Below are positions 1 through 8,942 of a DNA stretch of 64,000 bases, one piece after another. The position numbers and the translations under genes were made by a program. Below the pieces are notes generated by a model. It was not told the origin of the DNA and did not search any database. It saw nothing but the letters and a program-made list of their open reading frames with translations. Each line of letters begins with the position of its first letter. The first letter of the stretch is position 1. The DNA is from Myxococcota bacterium (GTDB taxonomy: Bacteria; Myxococcota_A; UBA9160; SZUA-336), in the NCBI GenBank assembly GCA_965247115.1, contig CBDFGR010000002.1, positions 1,600,001 through 1,664,000 of the forward strand. Direction: 5' to 3'.

Positions 1-66
1 GCGAACACGCGAACCATCCAGACCTCGAGCGACCTGCTGTCGAGCCTGGTCGGTCTGGGACAGTAA
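1..66 (+). CDS. flgE: Flagellar hook/basal-body protein C-terminus (partial, 5' end outside window), probably FlgE
   Basis: Frame 1 reads ANTRTIQTSSDLLSSLVGLGQ*, resembling the hook/rod C-terminal ANx(R/K)xIxTxDxxL motif; lies directly upstream of fliL. Confidence 0.6.
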   Translation, partial: ANTRTIQTSSDLLSSLVGLGQ

Positions 67-84
67 TCGTTGAGGACATGAGAC

Positions 85-696
85 ATGGCAGAAGAAGAGG
101 CGACGCCTGAGGTAGAGGAGCCAGAAGCATCCCCCTCCGCTCGGAGGGGGGCCTTCGTGCTCGGCGCCGGTCTGGTGGTGGCACTCGCTGTCACCGCGAC
201 GGGGATCCTGGTCTTCTGGCCGGACGCCGAGGAGGGTCAGGAGACCGGGCGCGCAGCGACGGAGCCGCCTGCGGCCTCGGCCGAGGTCGCAGCAGCAACG
301 GAGGGGATCGACTACGAGGCCGAGCTCGGTGTCGTCCTGCCGCTCGCGTTCGTGGCCGCAGCAGGAGAGGAAGCGGGTGGCAAGAGCAACCACATCGGCA
401 AGATCGTCCCACTCGATTCCTTCGTCGTGAACATCAGTGATCGCGAGCGCGACCGCTACCTCAAGCTCAAGACCGAGCTGGAGCTCTCCATGCCGGAGCT
501 CTCCGACGAGCTCGATCAACGCATGCCTCAGATTCGGGATCTGATCATCAGCTTGCTGGGAAGCAAGTCCTTCGAGGAGGTCCGCACGATCGAGGGGAAG
601 AACTTCCTCCGCGAGGAGATCCTGCTGCGGATCAACTCGCTGCTGGTCTCGGGCAAGGTCAAGCGCGTGTTCTTTACGGAGTTTGTCGTTCAGTGA
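85..696 (+). CDS. fliL: Flagellar basal body-associated protein FliL
   Basis: N-terminal TM helix; FVVNI, RYLK, MPQIRD, GKNFLREEI, VFFTEFVVQ motifs. Confidence 0.93.
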   Translation: MAEEEATPEVEEPEASPSARRGAFVLGAGLVVALAVTATGILVFWPDAEEGQETGRAATEPPAASAEVAAATEGIDYEAELGVVLPLAFVAAAGEEAGGKSNHIGKIVPLDSFVVNISDRERDRYLKLKTELELSMPELSDELDQRMPQIRDLIISLLGSKSFEEVRTIEGKNFLREEILLRINSLLVSGKVKRVFFTEFVVQ

Positions 697-1850
697 CAGA
701 ACGCATTCTAGAACAAGAAGAGATCGATCAGCTCCTTCAGGCTGTAATCGACGGGAAGGTCCCGACGTCCCGGGGATCCCTCGTCCCGCTCCTGAATGCC
801 ACTCCCATGGACTTCTCCGATCCGGGCTGGAGCCAGGATCGCATCATCCGGCGGCGCCTCCCGGTGCTCGACCTGGTCTTCGATCGGCTGGGCCCACTTG
901 TCCAGGTGACACTGACGAAGAGCCTGCGCTTCCCGATCCGCGCCGAGTCCTTCGGTGTAGAGCTCAAGAAGTTCGGCGATTTCCGAAAGGACTTCGAGTC
1001 CCAGGCGTGCCTGTTCGAGGTCATGCGCCTGGATCCGCTGCGCGGCTACTCCGTCATGGTCTTCCCGACCAACATCCTCTACGCCCTGATCGATGCGCTG
1101 ATGGGCGGGCTCGGCGTGGGCGAGCCAGTGGATCGGGAGGTGTCGGACATCGAGGCGAGCCTGCTCGAGAAGCCTCACCTGGAGACGCTACGCGACCTGG
1201 AGAACGCGTGGAGGCCCTGGTTCCCGCTGAGCGTCGAGCACGTCCGGGCCGATCGCAACGTCCGCGTGTTCAGCACGATCGGGGACGAGGAGGTCTGCCA
1301 CATCGGCAAGATCGTCATCGCGGGCGACGTCTTGCCCTCTTCCCCGATCTACTTCGTGCTTCCCTACGCCGGCCTGGAGCCACTGATCGAGGCGACGGCC
1401 GGCCGTGCGGGAGAGGAGAACGATCCCAACTGGCGCGTGAACCTGGAGCACAACGTTCAGGAGACGAAAGCCCGTGTCTCCGCGGTGCTGGGAACGACCA
1501 AGCTCTCGACTTCGAAAATCCACGCGCTCGCGGAGGGAGACGTTGTTGAGCTGGACCGGCGAGTCGATGAAGACATCGATCTCCTCGTCGAAGGCGAGAA
1601 TGTGTACAAGGCGCGTATGGGTCGCAGCCGCGGCAACTACGCGGCCCGGGTCACGACCCGACGCATGATCAAGCGCGAATTCGTCGACCGCACTTCGGGA
1701 CAGAAGCTGGTTCGCACGGGTCTGATTACGAGCGAGCAGCTCGCCGTCGCCCAGGTGGACGAGCGGATCAATCGCAAGCTCCTGCTCGATTCCATCGTCA
1801 GTCGCGGATGGGTCGAGCGAAGGGTTCTCGAGGCCGCTCTACAGAGCTGA
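693..1850 (+). CDS. fliM: Flagellar motor switch protein FliM with extra C-terminal MshEN-like extension
   Basis: N-terminal ILEQEEIDQLL (CheY-binding-like), middle domain with LMGGLG, SpoA domain, then about 50 extra residues; position between fliL and fliN. Confidence 0.9.
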   Translation: MTERILEQEEIDQLLQAVIDGKVPTSRGSLVPLLNATPMDFSDPGWSQDRIIRRRLPVLDLVFDRLGPLVQVTLTKSLRFPIRAESFGVELKKFGDFRKDFESQACLFEVMRLDPLRGYSVMVFPTNILYALIDALMGGLGVGEPVDREVSDIEASLLEKPHLETLRDLENAWRPWFPLSVEHVRADRNVRVFSTIGDEEVCHIGKIVIAGDVLPSSPIYFVLPYAGLEPLIEATAGRAGEENDPNWRVNLEHNVQETKARVSAVLGTTKLSTSKIHALAEGDVVELDRRVDEDIDLLVEGENVYKARMGRSRGNYAARVTTRRMIKREFVDRTSGQKLVRTGLITSEQLAVAQVDERINRKLLLDSIVSRGWVERRVLEAALQS

Positions 1851-1860
1851 GGAGGAAGGC

Positions 1861-2151
1861 GTGCCGGAGGCAACCACCGATGCCAAAGGGGAAGAGGGAT
1901 TTGAGCTGCTACTGGACGTTCCGCTCCAGGTCTCGGTGCAGCTCGGCGAGACGCAGATGCGGATTCAGGACCTGCTCGAGCTCGGCCAGGGCTCCGTCGT
2001 CGATCTCGACCGCCTTGCCGGAGAGCCCGTCGACATCCTCGTGAACGGACATCCCATCGCGCTCGGAGAGATCGTGGTCGTGAACGAGCGCTACGCAGTG
2101 CGTGTCGTCTCGGTCAACAACCCGGCGGAGCGCCTCGAGTCCCTGAAATGA
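1861..2151 (+). CDS. fliN: Flagellar motor switch protein FliN
   Basis: LLDVPLQVSVQLG...GSVVDLDRLAGEPVDILVNG...GEIVVVNERYAVRV. Confidence 0.95.
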   Translation: MPEATTDAKGEEGFELLLDVPLQVSVQLGETQMRIQDLLELGQGSVVDLDRLAGEPVDILVNGHPIALGEIVVVNERYAVRVVSVNNPAERLESLK

Positions 2152-2624
2152 AGCGCGCGCTCGCTCTCGTGCTCACGCACGCCGCGTTGGTCATAGGCGC
2201 GACGGCCGCTTCTGCGGCCCCCGGGGAGGACGCAGCGGCTCGGAACCCGAGCGTCGACTCCTTCCCCACGCCCATGGTCGCGCCGCTCACAAAGATGGGG
2301 CTCGCGTTGGCGGCCATCAGCGCGCTCAGCGGCGGTCTGGCGCTGTGGTCGAGGCGCAGGCGACAGACCCTCGGCGGCGCCGACGCGAACATCCGGATCC
2401 TCGCGAATCGCAGCCTCTCCAACCGTCACCAGATCTTGCTCCTGGACGTGGGCGGGCACCGCCTGCTCGTCGGCACGGGCGGAGACGCAGTGACCTTCCT
2501 CGCGGACCTGACGGAGACCGAGCTCTTCTCGGGCAAGCTGGATCGACACCTGCCCAGGGCGGAGTCAACGCCCGAGCCCGACTTCCTCGAGAAGATCGGA
2601 AAGTTCGAGGGACTCGATGCGTAG
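2148..2624 (+). CDS. fliO: Flagellar biosynthesis protein FliO
   Basis: TM segment followed by IRILANRSL...LLLDVGGHRLLVG; between fliN and fliP. Confidence 0.8.
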   Translation: MKRALALVLTHAALVIGATAASAAPGEDAAARNPSVDSFPTPMVAPLTKMGLALAAISALSGGLALWSRRRRQTLGGADANIRILANRSLSNRHQILLLDVGGHRLLVGTGGDAVTFLADLTETELFSGKLDRHLPRAESTPEPDFLEKIGKFEGLDA

Positions 2625-3390
2625 GAGCTGGAGATGGGCCGCGCTGGCCTGCTTCGGCATCGCGGCCGTCCTGCTCGCCAGCACGTCCGTCGCGAACGCA
2701 CAGCAGAGCGGCATCCTCGGCGATGCACTCGCGGACCTCGAAGCACTCACGGAGAATCCGGAGAAGCTCACGCCGGCCTTCCGCCTGGCGATCCTGATGA
2801 CGCTGCTCTCTCTCGCACCCGCGCTTGTGATGATGCTGACCTGCTTCGTGCGAATCGTGATCGTTCTCACCCTGCTCCGTCAGGCGATCGGCATCCAGAC
2901 TGTCCCCCCGACGCAGGTGCTGGTTGCGCTAGCGCTGTTCCTCACCATGTTCGTCATGCAGGGCACCTTCACCAAAGCGTACTCCGAGGGGGTCGGCCCC
3001 TTCCTGCGCGGCGAGATCGACGACACGACAGCCTTTGAAGCTTCCGTCGGGCCCTTTCGCGAGTACATGCTGCGGCAGACACGCGACCAAGACCTGCTCC
3101 TCTTCGAGGAGATCTCGGACAAGCCCCTGCCGGAGGATCCCTCCGAGCTCGGCATCGCCACGCTCACACCCGCATACATGCTGAGTGAGCTGCGAACGGC
3201 CTTCATGATCGGCTTCATGTTGTTCTTGCCGTTTCTCGTGATCGACATGGTCGTCGCGTCGACGTTGTTGTCTATGGGCATGATCGTCGTACCCCCGATC
3301 ATGATCTCGCTCCCCCTCAAGCTGATGATCTTCGTGCTCGTCGATGGTTGGAACCTGGTCGTTGGGGCACTGGTCAGGGGGTTGACATGA
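2617..3390 (+). CDS. fliP: Flagellar export gate protein FliP
   Basis: LTCFVRIVIVL, PPTQVL, PAYMLSELRTAF, SLPLKLMIFVLVDGW motifs. Confidence 0.96.
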   Translation: MRRSWRWAALACFGIAAVLLASTSVANAQQSGILGDALADLEALTENPEKLTPAFRLAILMTLLSLAPALVMMLTCFVRIVIVLTLLRQAIGIQTVPPTQVLVALALFLTMFVMQGTFTKAYSEGVGPFLRGEIDDTTAFEASVGPFREYMLRQTRDQDLLLFEEISDKPLPEDPSELGIATLTPAYMLSELRTAFMIGFMLFLPFLVIDMVVASTLLSMGMIVVPPIMISLPLKLMIFVLVDGWNLVVGALVRGLT

Positions 3391-3662
3391 GCATGGACCT
3401 GGTTGTCGAGCTCTATCGAGAAATGCTGCGAACCGCGGCGTTCGTTGCCACGCCGATCCTCGGCACCGCGATGTTCATCGGGCTGGGCGTTTCGCTCTTA
3501 CAGACCATCACGAGCATCAACGAGCAGACACTCACGTTCGTGCCAAAGATCGCCGGCATCGCGATCGTCGTGGGAGTCACCCTGCCCTGGCTCCTCACCC
3601 AGCTCATGACCTTCCTCACGCTGATTCTCTCGCACGCACCCGGACTGGTGATCGGGCCCTAG
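3387..3662 (+). CDS. fliQ: Flagellar export gate protein FliQ
   Basis: GLGVSLLQTITSINEQTLTFVPK; ATG at 3387 overlaps the fliP stop (ATGA). Confidence 0.94.
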   Translation: MSMDLVVELYREMLRTAAFVATPILGTAMFIGLGVSLLQTITSINEQTLTFVPKIAGIAIVVGVTLPWLLTQLMTFLTLILSHAPGLVIGP

Positions 3663-4937
3663 CAGGCTGCTGAAAAACTCCTCATCGAAGGGTACCTTGG
3701 GAGCGAGCCCCAAAGGGGGAGGCGTGAGAGGACAGGGGACGCTTCAGGGCGGGATGTTCAGCTACGTGTCGCTGGAGTCGCGGATTCCGGATGATCATCC
3801 GCTTCGAGCGATGCGGCGCATGGTCGACACGGCGCTGCAGCGGCTATCGCCGCGCTTCGACGCGATCTACGCCAGAGGCGTAGGGCGCCCGTCCGTGCCC
3901 CCGGAGCAGCTGCTGCGCGCCCTGCTGCTGCAGGTGCTCTACACCATCCGGAGCGAGCGGCAGCTGGTGGAGCAGCTGGAGTACAACCTGCTGTATCGCT
4001 GGTTCGTGGGTCTGGAGCTTGACGAGGTGGTGTTCAGCGCCACGGTGTTCACGAAGAACCGAGACCGGCTGCTCAAGGGCGAGATTGCCGAGCACTTCTT
4101 CGACGCAGTGCTGGAGCAGGCCGAGACCGAGGGATGGGTGTCGTTGGAGCACTTCACGGTAGACGGGACGCTGATCGAGGCGTGGGCGAGCCAGAAGAGC
4201 TTCGTACGGAAGGACGAGGAACGGAGAGACGACGATGACCCGGGCAACCCGACGGTGAACTTCCGAGGCGAGAAGCGGAGCAACCAGACGCATGCGTCGA
4301 CGACGGATCCCGACGCACGACTCGCCGGTATGAGAGGCCAAGGCGCCCGACTCGCGTACCAGGGACACGTGGTGACGGAGAACCGGAACGGCTTGGTGGT
4401 CGCGGCGAAGCTCACGCAGGCGTCGGGATATGCGGAGCGCGAAGCGGCGCTCGAGATGGTGGAAGGTCTGGGAGGCGGGCGTCGGAGGACATTGGGCGGA
4501 GACAAGGGCTTCGACACGAAGGGGTTCGTGGAAGAGCTTCGAGAGTTGGGCGTGACCCCACACGTGGCGCAGAACACGACGAATCGACGCAGCGCGATCG
4601 ACGGGCGGACGACGCGCCACCGGGGCTACGAACTGAGTCAGCGTTTTCGCAAACGGGTGGAAGAGGTCTTCGGCTGGATGAAGACCGTGGGGCTGATGCG
4701 CAAGACCCGACACCGCGGCACGGATCGGGTCGGCTGGGTCTTCACCTTCACGGCCGCAGCCTACAACCTGATCCGGATCCGCAAGCTGCTGGAGGCCACG
4801 TAGGTCATGTGCGAAACCGCCCCGCGATCAGCGGAGCCCAAGACCGGTTCGAACCGGGAATCGCGCCCCGCCCCTCGGCCGGTGAACCCCCTCGTCGGAA
4901 GGACCACCCCTCAACCAGTCACTTTCTCCGCAGCCTG
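3663..4937 (+). mobile_element. IS5-family insertion sequence, 1275 bp, CTAG target-site duplication
   Basis: Left end CAGGCTGCTGAAAAACT vs right end (revcomp) CAGGCTGCGGAGAAAGT, 14/17 match; CTAG at 3659-3662 and 4938-4941; single transposase ORF. Confidence 0.92.
3724..4803 (+). CDS. IS5-family DDE transposase (DUF772-type N-terminus)
   Basis: MFSYVSLESRIPDDHPLR, GRPSVPPE, VDGTLIEAWAS, GGDKGFD, RKRVEEVFGWMK; GTG at 3724 chosen as likely start. Confidence 0.92.
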   Translation: MRGQGTLQGGMFSYVSLESRIPDDHPLRAMRRMVDTALQRLSPRFDAIYARGVGRPSVPPEQLLRALLLQVLYTIRSERQLVEQLEYNLLYRWFVGLELDEVVFSATVFTKNRDRLLKGEIAEHFFDAVLEQAETEGWVSLEHFTVDGTLIEAWASQKSFVRKDEERRDDDDPGNPTVNFRGEKRSNQTHASTTDPDARLAGMRGQGARLAYQGHVVTENRNGLVVAAKLTQASGYAEREAALEMVEGLGGGRRRTLGGDKGFDTKGFVEELRELGVTPHVAQNTTNRRSAIDGRTTRHRGYELSQRFRKRVEEVFGWMKTVGLMRKTRHRGTDRVGWVFTFTAAAYNLIRIRKLLEAT

Positions 4938-4973
4938 CTAGGAGCGCTCGCGCGAAAGCTTCAGGAATAGAGG

Positions 4974-7754
4974 CTACGGCGAGCGAGTGAAGGGGGCCGC
5001 GTGATGGTAGGCGCGCTCGTAGACCCTGCGCACGTCCACCAGGTCGAGGTCGGTCGGCGGAACCGTACTGTCCGCGTCCGCGAAGAAGTGACCGAGGAGC
5101 TCGAGCACGCGCGGTGTGAGCGAGGACCCGACGCGCAGTCCGCGCGCCGTGGTCAGAGCCTGGGCCAGAGTGGGCGAGTCCGGGTCCTCGTGCTGCCACT
5201 CCGCAAAGAGCGTTGCGCAGAGCCCGGCGCGGTGGGCGCAGGTTTCGCCCAGGATGCTCAGTCGCGCGGCGTCCGGGAGGCTGCCGCCCCAGCGCTCCCG
5301 GTAGCGGCGCAGCAGCGAGTTGCTGGCGCCGGTCGCCCTGACTTCCGCTGTGAGCCTGACGGGCAGGAGCGCGCGGCCCTCGGGAGCGAAGAAGGCGCGC
5401 GCGGCCCTGTGGCTGAGAATGGGATGGGCGATGGTGTGGACCTCGTCGGGCAGGTCGGCCGCGTGCACGACGGAGAGCGGCAAGAGCTCGTGTGCGAGCA
5501 GCTCGGGGAGCGAGTCGATCTGGACGCGGTGAAAGGCCGCGGCGAAGCCGTTTGACCAGCGCTTCTCGAGCTCGTCGAGGTCGATGCGGACGTTCGCGGC
5601 ACGGAAGCCCAGGATCATGAGATCGCCGCGCTGCGAGTACCAGACCCCCACCTGCTCGAAGACCTCACTGAACGTCCGCAGCACCACGCCGACGGTGCGG
5701 GAGTCCGTTTCGTAGGTGTGGAACCACTGCAGGTAGACGCCCTCCGGTGAGAGGCGCGCCCGCGCGGCCTCCAGGAACTCCAGGCTGAAGAGCATCTCGA
5801 CGCCCGTCACCCAGGGGTTGCTCGGCTCGGAGACGATCACGTCGTAGTGTCCCTCGCTGCGGAGCAGCGCGCGGTAGGCGTCGCCGACGATGATGCGTGT
5901 CTTGGGACTCGCGGCAGCACGCTCGTAAGACTCGAAGTACTGAGCGGCCTCCATCACGCCGGTGGAGATCTCCGCAACGCGCACCTCTCGGATCGAGGGG
6001 AGGGAAGTCAGCTCCGCGACGCTCACGCCAGTTCCGTAGCCGACGACGAAGGCGCGTTCGGGCTTTGGGGTCAGGAGCGCTGGCAAGAGCGACGCCATCG
6101 ACATGGTGAGGTAGTCGCCGGGCACGTTGCCGTCCGACTTGCCGTTATTGATGATGGCGGTCACAGGCACACCGCTCGAATCCGGGTAGCGGAAGACCGC
6201 GACGGACGTGGACGGGTCGTCGTTGTAGTAGGCGATGTAGTCGCCGCTGCGCAGCTTGCGGTACTCGGCGAAGAACGTTTCCGCTCCCTCTCTCGAGTAG
6301 GGCAGCGGCTCGCGGTGTCTGAACAGTCCCGCAGATAGCTTGTAAGGGGACCACGCCGGCTGAAGTCCTACGGCAAGGAGCGCGAGGCAGAGGCCGACGA
6401 GCCCGACCGTTCGGCCTCGGGGCGAAACCCGCGCGCAGAGGAGCACGGCGCCGATCGCCAGTGCCATCGTGGCCAGCCAGTAGACCTGATGCAGGTCCAG
6501 CCAGAAGAGCAGGGCGTAGCCGCCGAGCAACGCGCCGAGCAAGGAGCCGAACGTGTTCCAGCTGTAGAGACTGCCGGCCGCGCTCCCGAGCTGTCCCGCC
6601 TCCCTGCGCAGCTGGTGGAAGAGCAGCGGGAGCGTGGCGCCGGACAGGGCGAGGGGCACCAGGAACACGCCGAGAATGGCGCCAAAGACGGCCAGGTGGA
6701 ACGGAAAGAAGTTCGCGTCCTGGTTGCTGAAGCTGGAGCGCAGCAAGTGTCCCCAGTAGGGTGCGTCCTCGATCACCGGGTAGAGCGCCAGCAGGATCGC
6801 GACGAGCAGCCACTGCGAGACCGGGAGCAGTGCCGGAGGGATGCGGCGCAGCGCGGACACCGCGAAGCTGCCGAGCGCGATGCAAAGCACGAAGCACGCG
6901 ACGATCATCGAGAAGGTGAACTGCGAGGCGCCGAGGGCCAGCGCGCCCACACGATTCAGGATGGTCTGGATCGTCATCATGGCAAAGCCAGACAGCAGCG
7001 CGACGCTCGCGCAGACTGTTGCCGGGTGGCGCAGGTGGAGCGCGCCGGCGGGTGCTGGCTCGGACGCGGACTCGGGAGGCGACTCGGACTCCGGCTCGAG
7101 CGCCGAACCCAGGAAGCCGAAGATCCCGCCCGCTCCCAGGTTCACCAGCGCCATCGTCAGCATCACCCCGCCGAGGCCGAGCCACGGAATCAGGAAGAAG
7201 CTCGCGCACAGCGCGCCGGCAAACGCTCCGGCCGTGTTGAATCCGTACACGAAAGCGTGTAGTCGCGTGGAGTCCTCCAGGCTTCGCGCCAGCGACTGGG
7301 TGAGCAGCGGGATGGTCCCGCCCATGAGCACTGACGGCGGGCCGACGAGCAGGGTGCAGAGCCCCGCGTCAATCCCGAAGGCCAGTCCCGGCGACCCGTG
7401 CGGGATCCAGAGCGAGAGCTTCTGGATGCCGAGGAAGAGCAGCGGGAAGCAGAGCGCGTAGACGCCGATCCCGGCTTCGATCATCCCGTAGAGGAGCAAG
7501 AGCCGGGCAGGGCTACCGCCGGAGCAGCTGCGCTGGATACGCCGCCGTGCGACCCGACCAAAGAGCGCGTAGCCCACGGCCAGACCGCCCAGAAAGATAC
7601 CGAGCACCGTAGCCGTGGCCTCGCTGTCGGAGCCGAGCAGGGCGGCGAGGTACTTCTGCCACGTGACCTCGTAGACCAGGCCGGTGAAGCCGGTCAGCAG
7701 GGTCAGGAAGAGAGCAACCCTCCGAACCGTTCCCGAGCTCTCGACTGACGACAT
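4974..7754 (-). CDS. Fused multi-TM membrane domain / spermidine synthase-like SAM-dependent transferase
   Basis: Many TM helices (GFTGLVYEVTW, YGFNTAGA) followed by VVGYGTGVS, VAEIS, GDA, YDVIVSEPSNPW. Confidence 0.85.
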   Translation of the reverse strand: MSSVESSGTVRRVALFLTLLTGFTGLVYEVTWQKYLAALLGSDSEATATVLGIFLGGLAVGYALFGRVARRRIQRSCSGGSPARLLLLYGMIEAGIGVYALCFPLLFLGIQKLSLWIPHGSPGLAFGIDAGLCTLLVGPPSVLMGGTIPLLTQSLARSLEDSTRLHAFVYGFNTAGAFAGALCASFFLIPWLGLGGVMLTMALVNLGAGGIFGFLGSALEPESESPPESASEPAPAGALHLRHPATVCASVALLSGFAMMTIQTILNRVGALALGASQFTFSMIVACFVLCIALGSFAVSALRRIPPALLPVSQWLLVAILLALYPVIEDAPYWGHLLRSSFSNQDANFFPFHLAVFGAILGVFLVPLALSGATLPLLFHQLRREAGQLGSAAGSLYSWNTFGSLLGALLGGYALLFWLDLHQVYWLATMALAIGAVLLCARVSPRGRTVGLVGLCLALLAVGLQPAWSPYKLSAGLFRHREPLPYSREGAETFFAEYRKLRSGDYIAYYNDDPSTSVAVFRYPDSSGVPVTAIINNGKSDGNVPGDYLTMSMASLLPALLTPKPERAFVVGYGTGVSVAELTSLPSIREVRVAEISTGVMEAAQYFESYERAAASPKTRIIVGDAYRALLRSEGHYDVIVSEPSNPWVTGVEMLFSLEFLEAARARLSPEGVYLQWFHTYETDSRTVGVVLRTFSEVFEQVGVWYSQRGDLMILGFRAANVRIDLDELEKRWSNGFAAAFHRVQIDSLPELLAHELLPLSVVHAADLPDEVHTIAHPILSHRAARAFFAPEGRALLPVRLTAEVRATGASNSLLRRYRERWGGSLPDAARLSILGETCAHRAGLCATLFAEWQHEDPDSPTLAQALTTARGLRVGSSLTPRVLELLGHFFADADSTVPPTDLDLVDVRRVYERAYHHAAPFTRSP

Positions 7755-7832
7755 CCCGTCTCCCCGTGGCTCCTGGACCGCCATCGGAGAGATCGCCCCC
7801 GACATGTACAACGCTGGCGACGCTGACGCTCA

Positions 7833-8029
7833 GGGACCCGCAAGGCGCAAGCCGCGCCGATGGCGCGGCACGCAGTGAGCCGAAGGCGAACGAAGAGCGG
7901 GTGGTGCGCGACCGCTCGCGCTCCGGGACCCGCAAGGCGCAAGCCGCGCCGATGGCGCGGTACGCAGTGAGCCGAAGGCGAACGGAGAGCGGGTGGCGCG
8001 CGACCGCTCGCGCGCCGGGGACCCGCAAG
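7833..8029. repeat. Tandem ~92-bp REP-like repeat (family A), two full units plus start of a third
   Basis: GGGACCCGCAAG recurs at 7833, 7925 and 8018; units are near-identical with internal hairpins. Confidence 0.9.
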
Positions 8030-8072
8030 ACAGGCAGCTGATAGACTCGCCCCCAACCAGAGGAGCGCTGCG

Positions 8073-8933
8073 ATGGAGCTGGGAGCCGTCTTTCCTCAGA
8101 GCGAGATCGGGAACGATCCCTCTGCGATCCGCGACTTTGCGCAGGCGGCGGAGTCGCTCGGCTTCACGCACCTCCTCATCTACGACCACGTGCTGGGGGC
8201 AGAACGCGATCGCCCAGGTGGCTTTACCGGTCCCTACGACATGGACACACCCTTTCACGAGCCTTTCGTCACGCTCGGCTTCCTCTCCGCGGTGACGAGC
8301 ACGATCGAGTTCTGCACTGCAGTATTGATCCTCCCGCAGCGTCAGGCGGCGCTCGTAGCGAAGCAGGCCGCCGAGCTGGACGTGTTGTCCGGCGGGCGCT
8401 TTCGCCTGGGGATCGGGACCGGCTGGAATCAGGTGGAGTACGAGGCCCTGAACGAGAACTTCCACGATCGCGGCAAGCGGCAGGAAGAGCAGGTCACGCT
8501 CATGCGGACGCTCTGGGACAAGGACGTCTTCAGCTTCGAAGGACGCTGGCATACCGTGACCCGAGCAGGCATCAACCCGCGACCCGCGCGCCCGATCCCG
8601 ATCTGGTTCGGAGGTAGCGCGGACGTCCTGCTGCGGCGGACCGCGCGCATGGGCGATGGCTGGATCCCGCTCATGGGACCGAACGACGAGGCCAAGACCG
8701 CGCTCGGCACGCTGCGCGGGTACCTCGAGGCAGAGGGTCGCGGCGCGTCGTCCTTCGGTATTCAAGCGCAAGCCCAGGCACGAGGCGGCAACCCCGAGCG
8801 CTGGTCCCGGCACGCCGAGGCGTGGCGCGATCTAGGCGCGACTCACCTCGCTATCGCCACCATGAACGCGGGCTTCGCGTCCCCCGGCGACCACATCGAC
8901 GCCATTCGCCGCTACAGGGAAGCAGTCAGCTAG
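8073..8933 (+). CDS. LLM-class (luciferase-like) F420-dependent oxidoreductase
   Basis: AESLGFTHLLIYDHV, LILPQRQ, LDVLSGGRFRLGIGTGWN, PIPIWFGG, GDGW. Confidence 0.88.
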   Translation: MELGAVFPQSEIGNDPSAIRDFAQAAESLGFTHLLIYDHVLGAERDRPGGFTGPYDMDTPFHEPFVTLGFLSAVTSTIEFCTAVLILPQRQAALVAKQAAELDVLSGGRFRLGIGTGWNQVEYEALNENFHDRGKRQEEQVTLMRTLWDKDVFSFEGRWHTVTRAGINPRPARPIPIWFGGSADVLLRRTARMGDGWIPLMGPNDEAKTALGTLRGYLEAEGRGASSFGIQAQAQARGGNPERWSRHAEAWRDLGATHLAIATMNAGFASPGDHIDAIRRYREAVS

Positions 8934-8942
8934 AGAGCGACG

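Noticed and set aside
7833..8029. CRISPR array
   Set aside because: Units are 92 bp and near-identical along their whole length, with no unique spacers and no cas genes in the window.
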